DNA of 64,000 bases from Lentisphaerota bacterium (GTDB lineage: Bacteria > Verrucomicrobiota > Lentisphaeria > Victivallales > Victivallaceae). A program made the translations under genes and the position numbers. Under the pieces are notes generated by a model. The model was not told where the DNA came from. It did not search any database and saw only the letters and a list, made by a program, of their open reading frames with translations. Shown here one piece after another: positions 47,753 to 57,588 of this stretch. Numbering within the stretch: position 1 is the first letter of the stretch; every line of letters begins with the position of its first letter. The DNA is taken from the NCBI GenBank assembly GCA_015061815.1, contig SUVW01000008.1, forward strand, positions 11,514 to 75,513, written 5' to 3'.

Positions 47753-48738
47753 TCCATGTAACGTACCATCCGGTCTGCCGGGCCGTCCACTTCAAATCCC
47801 GAATAGGAAAACACCAGCTTCCGGAAGGGGCGCAATTCACTTTGCGGCGGATAAAGAATCACCGTATATGCACCGCTTTCAACCGTGCTGAAACCGCTGT
47901 TCAACTTATTAAGAAGCTCTTCATCCAGTATGTCACTCAAAAGTTCCTTGTCTTTCCGCCATCTGTCCAGAGCATCCATCACCGTATCCAATTCATTTTC
48001 CGACAAATCACACTGCAGTCTGATCGTATTGCGGTCGGCAGAAAACAAAGCGGCAGTACCGCTTAAATTGCTGGTATTTGCCGGAGGGATCAGCCGGATG
48101 GAACTCAAACGCCCGTTTTCATCCGGCGGGAACAACTCTCCGAATCCTTCGATATAGAGCAGTTCTTCCCGGTACTGCATCGCTCCATTTCGCGGCAGAG
48201 GTTTCTGTTCCAAATCTTCATATCCTCCGGACTCCTGTCCATATTCGCGGATATTTTCATCAGCATCCAGATAGTCACCCAGCCGGTGGGAAACCTGATT
48301 GACCAGGTCGATAACATCATCCCCGGCATCATCCTGTCCGGAAATCATATTCAGCACCTTTTCGTAATTACCGCTGCTCATATCCCAGCCGCTGACCGCA
48401 TCATTGACGGTAAAACCGATCTTTTCGCCATAGTAATCCAATTCATGAGCAACAGAGTCCGCCATAAAGCGGTCATATTCATAACCGGTATAATCGACCT
48501 GCCCGGGTTTATCATCCGGATGCAGATTACGGTCAGCCGCCAGCAGATACTGGATACGGTTGGCCGCTCCTTCGGCAACAAACATTGATCTCTGCAGTTC
48601 CACATGAGCTGCAACGGAAAATGTACCTTTCTGCGACAGAGCCAAAGTGCCGGCCAGCAATATCCCGGCAGTAAATATCAGACACAACACCGAAATCAAT
48701 GCTGCATTATGCCGGCGGATACGAACAGCTTTCATCAT
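47737..48738 (-). CDS. type II secretion minor pseudopilin GspK-like
   Basis: N-terminus is RRHNAALISVLCLIFTAGILLAG with no Phe/Glu, as in GspK. Position after the J-like gene, and the size, both fit. Confidence 0.55.
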   Translation of the reverse strand: MMKAVRIRRHNAALISVLCLIFTAGILLAGTLALSQKGTFSVAAHVELQRSMFVAEGAANRIQYLLAADRNLHPDDKPGQVDYTGYEYDRFMADSVAHELDYYGEKIGFTVNDAVSGWDMSSGNYEKVLNMISGQDDAGDDVIDLVNQVSHRLGDYLDADENIREYGQESGGYEDLEQKPLPRNGAMQYREELLYIEGFGELFPPDENGRLSSIRLIPPANTSNLSGTAALFSADRNTIRLQCDLSENELDTVMDALDRWRKDKELLSDILDEELLNKLNSGFSTVESGAYTVILYPPQSELRPFRKLVFSYSGFEVDGPADRMVRYMEWNYL

Positions 48739-49517
48739 CGTCCGCCCCCCGGTACTCTGCTGATCCCGGGACGGCTGCTCCGGCGGCCGGAACCCTGTCC
48801 GCTGCGAACTCCATTTCTGCTGCTCCCGGCAGTTACTCCGGCAGAACTGCTTTGCGTCGAATTACCGCTTTCTCCGCTTTCTTCTCTCATTCCGAAAGTG
48901 CTGTTGCGTGATACTCCGGCGACCCGGCGCAGCCATTGTTCACTGGTACCATCGGTGAATTCAACTTTCAATCTGATTGCCAGCGGCAACACCTGATGAT
49001 CCTCTTCCCGGTACTCTTCAAAAAAATCCAGACCATTGCTCACTTCTGTTGAATTCTCCACATAACTGAAAGTGATATTTTCCACATTTTCAGCTATAAC
49101 CTCCCTGGTTGCCGGCAAACTTTCATCCCCATCTTCCATCCAGGGATAACGGGGATAAGGAGAATACTCGACCAGCAGTTTGCCATCTTCGACAAAAACC
49201 CGGATAAAAAGCAACGCCCCCGGACGGCTGCCGTAACTGCGCCGCAGCGTGGCAAACAATATCCGGTTCTCTTCTCCGTCAAAAAGCGATCTGGAAGTTC
49301 CTTCTTCATCCTGCCAGTTGAAAGGGATCATATTCCGGATGTGAGTATCCATCAGATTGTCGATGGCCATACAGGATTTCAACCGGTCGGTCACCCGCAA
49401 TGTTCTCTCATATCCCTGATAAAATGCTACCCCGGAAACGCCGACGATCCCCGCAACAACGATCAATATTGCAATGGATACGACCAATTCTATCAGGGTA
49501 AAGTCACTCCGTTTCAT
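48735..49517 (-). CDS. type II secretion pseudopilin GspJ-like with low-complexity C-terminal tail
   Basis: MKRSDFTLIELVVSIAILIVVAG is a prepilin-type N-terminus. Operon position fits. Confidence 0.65.
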   Translation of the reverse strand: MKRSDFTLIELVVSIAILIVVAGIVGVSGVAFYQGYERTLRVTDRLKSCMAIDNLMDTHIRNMIPFNWQDEEGTSRSLFDGEENRILFATLRRSYGSRPGALLFIRVFVEDGKLLVEYSPYPRYPWMEDGDESLPATREVIAENVENITFSYVENSTEVSNGLDFFEEYREEDHQVLPLAIRLKVEFTDGTSEQWLRRVAGVSRNSTFGMREESGESGNSTQSSSAGVTAGSSRNGVRSGQGSGRRSSRPGISRVPGGGR

Positions 49518-49926
49518 CGTCGTCCTCCTTTGCCTGAAGCTCCAGCCGGTCGATGATCACATGCAATCTTTCCGCCCGGTCAGAAGTACGGTGCAGAGAA
49601 ATCGTCCACTTTTTCAATGGCAGCTGATTTTCCTGATTTTTCAACTCTTCCGGCAAACCTTCAGCATCTTCAACGGTGCAGTCGATCAGATAATCCGGAT
49701 AGGGAAAAACTTCATCCGGAACATGCAAATCTTCTTCGCTGCCGGCCAGCATCAGATATTCGACTCCCTGGGTGAGCATGTGCATTTCCCGCCACTGCTC
49801 CTCCGCCCGGGCCACCCGGCTCTGGGAATGACTCAACAATCGCAGCATCCCGGTAAGAGAGAGCGACAGAATGACCAGAGAAATAACTACTTCCAGCAGA
49901 GTAAAACGGGATATCGTATTTTTCAT
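49504..49926 (-). CDS. type II secretion pseudopilin GspI-like
   Basis: MKNTISRFTLLEVVISLVILSL. 140 aa. Operon position fits. Confidence 0.65.
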   Translation of the reverse strand: MKNTISRFTLLEVVISLVILSLSLTGMLRLLSHSQSRVARAEEQWREMHMLTQGVEYLMLAGSEEDLHVPDEVFPYPDYLIDCTVEDAEGLPEELKNQENQLPLKKWTISLHRTSDRAERLHVIIDRLELQAKEDDDETE

Positions 49927-50462
49927 AATTTATCCTCACCGCTGCCGTCTCCTTCCCGGCTGATGACCTGACCGGAAAAAAAAGATATATCAAAAAATAC
50001 CGCTAACTCCTCTATTCTGATGCCGGGACGATTCTCACAGATCGCTCCGCCGGAAGGATAGAAACGGAAAAGTTCGACATAATCATTTTCCATCGCACCC
50101 TCTTCGGCACGCTCCACCGTGAATACTTCCAAATCTCCGGAAAAATAAAACCTCTCTGCCAACGGACTTTCCGTTATATCTTTTTCCTGTTCAGCAAGTT
50201 CATCTTCCGAAAAATCAGCATGCGCACAGAACATCTTTTTATCCGGATAAAAACGCACCACATAATCCCGTCCGCTTTCTGCACACAAAAAGCGGACTTT
50301 TTCCAGAAAAGCTTCAATCTCACGGGTGTTGCGCTCCAATGCCGATGCCGGGGATTCTCCGCGCAGCGACATTACAGCCACTCCGGTCAGCAGCATGATG
50401 ATGACCAGTACGACAATAACTTCGATCAGAGTAAAAGAGTGCTTCGATGTCACCGGGAACAC
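49923..50462 (-). CDS. type II secretion pseudopilin GspH-like
   Basis: SKHSFTLIEVIVVLVIIMLL. 179 aa. It lies directly downstream of gspG. Confidence 0.65.
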   Translation of the reverse strand: MFPVTSKHSFTLIEVIVVLVIIMLLTGVAVMSLRGESPASALERNTREIEAFLEKVRFLCAESGRDYVVRFYPDKKMFCAHADFSEDELAEQEKDITESPLAERFYFSGDLEVFTVERAEEGAMENDYVELFRFYPSGGAICENRPGIRIEELAVFFDISFFSGQVISREGDGSGEDKL

Positions 50463-50480
50463 CCCAGAAAAAGTTATTCT

Positions 50481-50903
50481 TCAATCCCAGCTTGAAATGT
50501 CGGCATTTTCCCCTTCGCCGCCCTCTTCGCCGTCTGCACCGTAGCTGATAACTTCAAACGGCCGGTCATCTTCCCCCGGACAACGGTAGATGTATTCATT
50601 GCCCCAGGGATCTTTCGGCAAAGTTCCCTGCAAATACGGTCCGCGCCAGGTTTCCAGATCGTCCACATTTTCCACCAGTGCCTGCAATCCGCTCTCCTCT
50701 TCAGGGTAAGACTTGTTGTCTGTCTTATAACCATTCAGTGCATCCGAAAGCAGCTCCACCTGGGTCTTGGCAGCTCCGATATTGGCGTTGCTGACGTAAT
50801 TCATATACATCGGCGTGGCAATAGATGCCAATGTGACCAGAATCACGATCACGATCACAACTTCGATCAGGGTAAAACGTCTTTTTTCAATTCTTTTTTT
50901 CAT
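50481..50903 (-). CDS. gspG: type II secretion major pseudopilin
   Basis: RRFTLIEVVIVIVIL plus C-terminal DPWGNEYIYRCPGEDDRPFEVISYGADGEEGG. GGAGG SD upstream. Confidence 0.9.
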   Translation of the reverse strand: MKKRIEKRRFTLIEVVIVIVILVTLASIATPMYMNYVSNANIGAAKTQVELLSDALNGYKTDNKSYPEEESGLQALVENVDDLETWRGPYLQGTLPKDPWGNEYIYRCPGEDDRPFEVISYGADGEEGGEGENADISSWD

Positions 50904-52108
50904 ATTTTTTGACCTCCTGTTACAGAATTTATTTCCATCATGGCAACAAATATCGCCACGACCACCCCTAAAACGATCACCGCCAGTAAAATAATGACCA
51001 ACGGTTCAAACAAACTCAATGCCCGCTTTATTTTCTGCCGGGTATCAGCTTCCAGATTACCGGCTATATTATCCAGCATCTCACCGACCTGCCCGGATTC
51101 CTCCCCCACCCGCAGCATACTGGCCGTACTGCGCGGAACAAAATTATTTTCTTTCAATGCGGCAGAAAGTTTTTCCCCGCCTTTCAAACGCCGGTCGATA
51201 CCGTCAAAAGCGGCAGCTATGACCGGATTGGAAATCACCCTGCCGGCGATCCTCACCGTCCGGATGATCTCCACATGATTGCCGATAAGGATTGCCAATG
51301 TCCGCAAATAACGGCATATTTCCAAATCGATCATGATCGCCCCGGCGACCGGGATGCGGATCAGAAAAGCTCCCACCTTGCGCTTCCACCCGGCCGGACC
51401 GAAATAACGTTTCCCCCAGAACCATCCGGCAATCAGCAGCAGCGGCAATGACCACCATGTCCACTTGAATACATCGCCGATGCTGTTCAAAATCCGCATG
51501 GAACCGGGCAGTTCCCGCCCCATATCGGCAAAAATTTGCGAAAAATGCGGCACAAACACCGTAAACAAAACTACTGACACCACCATTACTACCGCAAAAA
51601 TAACTATCGGATAAATGGAACTGGATACAATAAAATTTTTCAGTTCCCTGCTCTCTTTCATAAATTTATACAATTCGCCGGAAACTTCCGGCAAACAACC
51701 GGTTTCCTCACCGCTTTCGATCAGATTGGCATAATAATCCGGAAAAAGAGAACCGTAAGAACGAACCATTTCCGACAATTTTTTCCCTTCATGCAGCCCT
51801 TGCCGCAAAGAATTGACAAAATCTTTCTGGGTCGCTTCCACCGCCCCTTCACTGATGATCGCCAAAGCCTGTTCCAACTGGATATTGGCTGTCAACAGCG
51901 GAGTCAACTGCCGGGTGAATTCAAAAACATCCGGTCTTTTACCGCGCCACAACCGTTTACTGCCGGCATCATCCACTCCCAAAAAACGCACCGGGATCAT
52001 TCCGCGACGGCGCAGTTTGGCAAGTGACTCCTTATCGTTATCTCCCTCGATAACGATCTCTTCCGGATTTTTCCCCGGCCGGGCAGCAATATAACGGTAA
52101 AGTGCCAT
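50900..52108 (-). CDS. gspF: type II secretion inner-membrane platform protein
   Basis: Duplicated T2SSF domains and three TM segments. 402 aa. ATGA overlap with gspG. Confidence 0.9.
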   Translation of the reverse strand: MALYRYIAARPGKNPEEIVIEGDNDKESLAKLRRRGMIPVRFLGVDDAGSKRLWRGKRPDVFEFTRQLTPLLTANIQLEQALAIISEGAVEATQKDFVNSLRQGLHEGKKLSEMVRSYGSLFPDYYANLIESGEETGCLPEVSGELYKFMKESRELKNFIVSSSIYPIVIFAVVMVVSVVLFTVFVPHFSQIFADMGRELPGSMRILNSIGDVFKWTWWSLPLLLIAGWFWGKRYFGPAGWKRKVGAFLIRIPVAGAIMIDLEICRYLRTLAILIGNHVEIIRTVRIAGRVISNPVIAAAFDGIDRRLKGGEKLSAALKENNFVPRSTASMLRVGEESGQVGEMLDNIAGNLEADTRQKIKRALSLFEPLVIILLAVIVLGVVVAIFVAMMEINSVTGGQKI

Positions 52109-52115
52109 AATCTTT

Positions 52116-53708
52116 TCACAACTCCGCGGTGGATCGGTTCAATTCTTCCTGCGTCGTAACTCCGGCGGCGACTTTCGCCGCGCCATCCTCGGCCAGAGTG
52201 ATCATGCCGTGTGAAACTGCTATCGACTGCAATTCACTGCTCGAAGCATTGCGGTTCACGGCATCGCGCAACTCATCATTCAATATGAGCAATTCAAAAA
52301 TTCCACTGCGCCCTTTGAAGCCGGTGCCATTGCATTTGCGGCACTTGACCGGCTGCCTGACACCGTGACAGACCGGACAGACCTTGCGAACCAGACGCTG
52401 GGACAAAACTCCAAATAACGCACTGGATACCAGGAAATTTTCCATACCCATATCCAGCAGCCGGGTAACAGCTCCGACCGCATCATTGGTATGCAATGTA
52501 CTCAAAACCAGATGTCCGGTCAATGCCGCATTGATCGCAATATCCGCCGTTTCTTTATCCCGGATCTCTCCCACCAGAATAATATCCGGGTCCTGACGTA
52601 CTATCGAACGCAATCCGGCGGCAAAAGTGACTCCGATTTTTGGATTGACCTGCACCTGACACAAACCGGCAGTCCGGTATTCCACCGGATCTTCGATCGT
52701 AATGATTTTTTTACGGGCATCATTGAGCTGATTTATCACGCTGTACAAGGTTGTCGTTTTACCGCTGCCGGTAGGCCCGACGACGAGAATGATGCCATGC
52801 GGTATTTTGATCAGCTTCTCAAACTGGGTCAGGTGCGCTTCCGACATTCCCAACTGGGCCAGATCGAAACGCACGCTCTCTTTATTCAGCAGGCGCAAAA
52901 CGATACTTTCTCCGGTCAGGATCGGAATAGTACTGATACGCATATCCAGCTGCATACGCCCCAAAGTGACATTTGTCCGGCCATCCTGCGGCAGACGGCT
53001 CTCGGCGATATTCAACCCGCCCAGCAATTTTATACGCGAAGCTATTGCCGGGAACTGATTCAGCGGCACCGACAATATTTCAGTCAAAACTCCATCGACC
53101 CGGCAGCGCACGGAAACTGCATCCTCGCCCGGTTCAATGTGGATATCGCTTGCGCCCAGCTCCAACGCCCGGGTAAAAATATCATTGACCAGCCGGACTA
53201 TCCTTGCTTCCCCGGCCAATGTGCGCAAAGTATTTTCATCTTCGGCACTCTGTTCTTCTTCAGCCTCATCTTCAGCATTCTGCAGTTTGCTCAACAATCT
53301 TTCCAGAAGCGGACGGCGGACAAAACGGACATCGACATCACAATTCCACATCCGTTTCATCTGAAAAATCAATTCTCCAAGCCCATACGGTGAAGCAACC
53401 AGCAAAGTTACCAGCTCCTCATCAAATTCCAGAGCCGCACAATCGTGGGCATTGAAAAAAGCCAGCGAAAAATCTTCCCGCATCTCCGGGAGAACGATCT
53501 CATCCTCCTCCAAAACCGGGACTTCGAAAAACCGTGAGTAAAGCTCCACCAGAGCCGCTTCGGTTATTTTCCCATCCTGCACGGCTTTCTCGCCGATCTC
53601 CCGGCCTGACAGTCCGGCATACTCCGGGAAACGGCGGTCAAATTCAGCTTTGATCTGCAGCAATGCTTTATTCAGATCTATTTTTTTCTGTCCGTTGCTC
53701 ACAGCCAA
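52116..53708 (-). CDS. gspE: type II secretion ATPase
   Basis: Walker A GPTGSGKTTT, Asp box, Walker B, His box, and the tetracysteine CPVC..CRKC motif. Confidence 0.92.
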   Translation of the reverse strand: MAVSNGQKKIDLNKALLQIKAEFDRRFPEYAGLSGREIGEKAVQDGKITEAALVELYSRFFEVPVLEEDEIVLPEMREDFSLAFFNAHDCAALEFDEELVTLLVASPYGLGELIFQMKRMWNCDVDVRFVRRPLLERLLSKLQNAEDEAEEEQSAEDENTLRTLAGEARIVRLVNDIFTRALELGASDIHIEPGEDAVSVRCRVDGVLTEILSVPLNQFPAIASRIKLLGGLNIAESRLPQDGRTNVTLGRMQLDMRISTIPILTGESIVLRLLNKESVRFDLAQLGMSEAHLTQFEKLIKIPHGIILVVGPTGSGKTTTLYSVINQLNDARKKIITIEDPVEYRTAGLCQVQVNPKIGVTFAAGLRSIVRQDPDIILVGEIRDKETADIAINAALTGHLVLSTLHTNDAVGAVTRLLDMGMENFLVSSALFGVLSQRLVRKVCPVCHGVRQPVKCRKCNGTGFKGRSGIFELLILNDELRDAVNRNASSSELQSIAVSHGMITLAEDGAAKVAAGVTTQEELNRSTAEL

Positions 53709-56029
53709 AAATCCTTATCCTGAAAGAGAACTCCGCGATGTTTATCCGCCTCCGGCTTGTCTCCCAAAGTGGCATCGTATTCATTGAGTGCTTTTACTGC
53801 ATCATTGTAACGGCGGATCAAAGCATCAACCTCGCTGTGTTCATTGACAATGTAACCGGTTATAAGCACCAGCACTTCGGTGCGCTCTACTGAAGCATTG
53901 GTCGAACCGAGCAGCCGCTTGAGAAACGGGATCTTGTTGATTATCGGCAGAGAATCAAGAGAATCATTTATCCTCTCCTGGATCAAGCCGCCGAGAACCA
54001 TCGTCTGTCCGTTGGCAATAGTCATGCTCGTTTCAATCTCCCGCTTGGTAATGACCGGAGATTTCAATTCCGGAGAAATGGTGTTGGCTGTCGCCTGCGA
54101 CATCGTTTGAAGGATATCCAGAGAGATCAAATCAGTACTGGTGACATAAGGTGTCACCGTCAGCATCACACCGGTTTCCTTGTAATCGGTCGAATCAGTG
54201 ACCCCGCCATCGCTGGCACTGACACTGCCGGTACTTATCGGAACTTCCTGACCGACATTGATCCGGGCTTCCGTATGACTGGAAACCAGCAGCTGCGGAC
54301 TGGAAATGACCTTCACCTGTCCATTGCCCGCCTGGGCCCGGATATAACCGAATTGTTTTTGCGGATTGTTTTTATCCGCCAGAGCAAAAGTGAAGCCATC
54401 CTGACGGTCACTGCCGGTGCGTATTGAACTTTTGCCGTTGGCATCGATGATAAACGGATTGAGAACGGTATTGGCAGAATTGTTGTTGCTGTAATTGGTT
54501 CCGAATACCCCCTGGGTATTGCCGTGACTTGCGGTCCCGGAAAATTCCAACCCGAACTGGGTGGATTCGGTCAAAGTCACTTCGACCATCAACACTTGCA
54601 GCAAAACCTGCGCCGGAACCACATCCAGCTTATCCAGAAGAGCTTTTACCGAAGCGTAGGTGCGCGGGGTACAACGCAGAACCAGACGATTCAATACTCC
54701 GTCTGCAAAGACCCGGATCGTCGAACCGTAAATTTTTGACTCCTGATCGGTCTGGATATTCGTCCCCACATTCACTGCATCGGAACGGCTGGCGGCACGA
54801 CTGGTCGTGCGGCTGGCGGTACGGGTCACCGGAGAATTGATTGTTTCAGTTTTGGTCCTGCCGGTGGCGGCATCTGTCGTCAACGCAGTTCCCTGGGTTT
54901 CAAAAACCACCGCCAGAGCCCGGGCCAAATGCGCGGCCTTGTTGTGACGGACTTTGTACACAAACACATTTTCCTGATCATCACTTCCGGCGACATCAAG
55001 CAGCTTGACCCATTCGGAAACCAGATCGATCGCTTCTTGAGTAGCTGCTGAAACGACTATCAGCCGCATCCGGTCCAGCCCGACGATCTGAACAGCACCG
55101 GGAGCAACCGTGCGGTCTGTTGTTTTATAAATATTCAAGCCGAGTACCGGCAGAATTTCCTGAAGTTCATTGGCGATCTTGTTGGGAAGCACATTATCAC
55201 AGGGGATGACCCGCCGGGGCCAGCCGGATTTGCCGCTTTTGTCAAGATATTCTATGATTTGACGGATCTTCGGCATATTTTCGGCAGAATCGCACACCAT
55301 CACCGCATTGGGACGGGTAAGTTCGACACACACCGCACCGCTGCCGACAAAAGAACGGACCTGACGGACAACCTCATTTGCAGTGGCATTATGCAGCTGC
55401 CGGTAATAAATTTCAGCAGTCACGCCAGGTTTTGAATCCGGCTGTACCGCCAGTTTATTCATCGCCATGATCCGCAAAAGCGAACCATCGACTTTCACTC
55501 CGGCCCCGGCCAGAAACAGCATCCGGTCAAAGGTGTTCCACAACTCCCGCCGGGTCATGCGGCTGTTCAAATTGAGAGTGATCGTACCATTGAGCGCACT
55601 GTCGGCTGAAAAGTTGAATTCCAGCAAATCTCCGAATGCCGAAAGTACATCCAGAAGCGGCGCACTGTTGAAAACCAGAGAAACATCCAGAAGTTCATCG
55701 GCATTCAGTGCGATCATATCTTCATAAAACTTCGGTTTTGCCGATGTCAGCTCCCCGACCGGCACTTCGGGGGCAGCTTCGACGCCCAGTTTTTTCATTT
55801 TTTCCTCCGGGATCACCGGAGAACTTTCCCGCACCGGATTGACCTTTTCCTCATCCATCGTTTCCCGTTTATCCGGACTTTTTTTCTGCTCATCTTTGTG
55901 CAGAAAAGCGAAACGGTCCTTTTCTGTCACCGGCTTTTCCTGCTTCAATCCGGCACATGAACTCAACAACAGCAAAGCCAGCACCCCGGCTGCCGCGCTG
56001 CCCGACAATCTGAAATAACCCGATCTCAT
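53699..56029 (-). CDS. gspD: type II secretion secretin (lipobox-bearing)
   Basis: N0-N3-like repeats and the C-terminal secretin domain (VLGGLIQE...IPFLKRLLGS......TEVLVLITG). The N-terminus is LLLLSSC. Confidence 0.9.
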   Translation of the reverse strand: MRSGYFRLSGSAAAGVLALLLLSSCAGLKQEKPVTEKDRFAFLHKDEQKKSPDKRETMDEEKVNPVRESSPVIPEEKMKKLGVEAAPEVPVGELTSAKPKFYEDMIALNADELLDVSLVFNSAPLLDVLSAFGDLLEFNFSADSALNGTITLNLNSRMTRRELWNTFDRMLFLAGAGVKVDGSLLRIMAMNKLAVQPDSKPGVTAEIYYRQLHNATANEVVRQVRSFVGSGAVCVELTRPNAVMVCDSAENMPKIRQIIEYLDKSGKSGWPRRVIPCDNVLPNKIANELQEILPVLGLNIYKTTDRTVAPGAVQIVGLDRMRLIVVSAATQEAIDLVSEWVKLLDVAGSDDQENVFVYKVRHNKAAHLARALAVVFETQGTALTTDAATGRTKTETINSPVTRTASRTTSRAASRSDAVNVGTNIQTDQESKIYGSTIRVFADGVLNRLVLRCTPRTYASVKALLDKLDVVPAQVLLQVLMVEVTLTESTQFGLEFSGTASHGNTQGVFGTNYSNNNSANTVLNPFIIDANGKSSIRTGSDRQDGFTFALADKNNPQKQFGYIRAQAGNGQVKVISSPQLLVSSHTEARINVGQEVPISTGSVSASDGGVTDSTDYKETGVMLTVTPYVTSTDLISLDILQTMSQATANTISPELKSPVITKREIETSMTIANGQTMVLGGLIQERINDSLDSLPIINKIPFLKRLLGSTNASVERTEVLVLITGYIVNEHSEVDALIRRYNDAVKALNEYDATLGDKPEADKHRGVLFQDKDFWL

Positions 56030-56083
56030 TCTTTTTTCTCCTGAAATATTTTCAAAATATAAAATCTTCTCATCCGTTCTGTT

Positions 56084-56836
56084 TCACCGGCGGTTCCGGT
56101 TTCCAGCCGGAGCATTATTCTGACGGCTGTTCTGCTGAATTTCCCGCATGGTGCGGATCATCTGCGACTGCATGAACATCTGTGCCTGCTGGAATTGCTG
56201 GGTGGAGTTCAATCTCCGGTTCTGCCTTCTGGCGGTTGCCCGGTTTTTGGAGGGGTCCTGCAGCTCCAATTCCAGTTTGTCATTGCCTCTGACCAGAACT
56301 GCACGGCTGCGGGTGACCTCTTCCAGAGTGTAACCGCCGGCAGTCGTCTGACCGACACGGATATATTGCGGTGCCGGACCGGAATTGCGCCCGGCCATCT
56401 GACTCCACTGGGTAAACCGTCCCGGCTGACCGCTCATACCGGATGCCAGACGTTGAGCTTGAGCCAGATAAGGATTGAATTGCTGCTGACGGCTGTTGCT
56501 CTTTATGATCGCCGCCTTGTTTTCGATAACGCCGACCAGTGTCATATCCGTCCGGCCGACTCTGGTATTGGCCAACGGGCTTCGTATCTGATTGAATACA
56601 TCGGTTTCCACGATTTTTGCCGATGCTTCAGTTGGAGTCTTCAAGACGACAGCTGGAACTGCAGCAGTATTATTTTCCTTTTTTGTTTTACTGCCGGAAA
56701 CTTTAAGTTTTGCGTTTTTCTTACGTTGCTCGGCCGCAAAATTTTCATTTTTTACTTTCAATGTCAAATTACTCAATGCGGCAATGATCACCAATCCGGC
56801 AAGAACCAGATTTACTGATATAAGAATTTTTTTCAT
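56084..56836 (-). CDS. bitopic membrane protein, GspC/PilP-like by topology and position
   Basis: It has an N-terminal TM segment. A periplasmic beta-rich segment (MTLVGVIENKAAIIKSN ... GYTLEEVTRSRAVLVRGNDKLELEL) resembles the GspC-HR/PilP fold pattern. It lies immediately upstream of gspD. Confidence 0.45.
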   Translation of the reverse strand: MKKILISVNLVLAGLVIIAALSNLTLKVKNENFAAEQRKKNAKLKVSGSKTKKENNTAAVPAVVLKTPTEASAKIVETDVFNQIRSPLANTRVGRTDMTLVGVIENKAAIIKSNSRQQQFNPYLAQAQRLASGMSGQPGRFTQWSQMAGRNSGPAPQYIRVGQTTAGGYTLEEVTRSRAVLVRGNDKLELELQDPSKNRATARRQNRRLNSTQQFQQAQMFMQSQMIRTMREIQQNSRQNNAPAGNRNRR

Positions 56837-57588
56837 GGCTTCATCTCCCCGCCCGGTACAATTTCAACAACTTCAGTTTCTCCGGCAGCAGTGATATCGC
56901 TTTCATCCGGTATATTCTCTCCGATATCCGGCTGACGGTCGATATGCAGCTCTTCCGGAGTCAGTTTTCCCTCATAAACCAAAACCCGCAAAGTTCCCCG
57001 GAAGCTCAATCTGGTTGCCGGAACATTGTTGAATTGTGCCGCTAAATTAGCACTGCCTGCCGCACCGGCGGAGCGGCGGTAACGGTTATCCGGACGCAAA
57101 TCAAGCTGCCGCCATGCCAGTTTCGGCCGGATCTCTGCCAATCCGGCCAGAAAACGGATAACATCCGCCAACTCTCCGGCCCCCTGAATACTGATATCCG
57201 CATAAACAAACTCCGGATTTATCCGGCCGGTCCGCACCGGCCCGATACTGCTCAACTGAAAATTCAGCTTCTCCGAAGTCCGGCTGATTTTCCGGCGCAA
57301 CGCCGTTTCCACGTTGCCGTCAACAGCATTTATCCATGCGGCGGAAGCCAATGCCCGGTAATTTTTTTTGACAGCCTTGGCTTCGCGGTTTTCCTTATCT
57401 GATTTTTCAAATTCCCGGCGGCTCTTTTCCAACTCTTTCCGGGCTTTTTCGATTTTGCTTTTATTCGGCAGATCCTTCAAATATGCCGAACCGAAGCGCA
57501 ACAGCAGAACTCCCCAGACGACTCCGAGAATGATACAGCAAACGATCAACTGACCTTTTTTGTTTCCGGATAAATTTTTAATACTCAT
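56833..57588 (-). CDS. bitopic membrane protein, GspM/PilO-like by topology and position
   Basis: N-terminal TM segment, a coiled-coil segment (KARKELEKSRREFEKS), then a periplasmic domain. Confidence 0.4.
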   Translation of the reverse strand: MSIKNLSGNKKGQLIVCCIILGVVWGVLLLRFGSAYLKDLPNKSKIEKARKELEKSRREFEKSDKENREAKAVKKNYRALASAAWINAVDGNVETALRRKISRTSEKLNFQLSSIGPVRTGRINPEFVYADISIQGAGELADVIRFLAGLAEIRPKLAWRQLDLRPDNRYRRSAGAAGSANLAAQFNNVPATRLSFRGTLRVLVYEGKLTPEELHIDRQPDIGENIPDESDITAAGETEVVEIVPGGEMKP

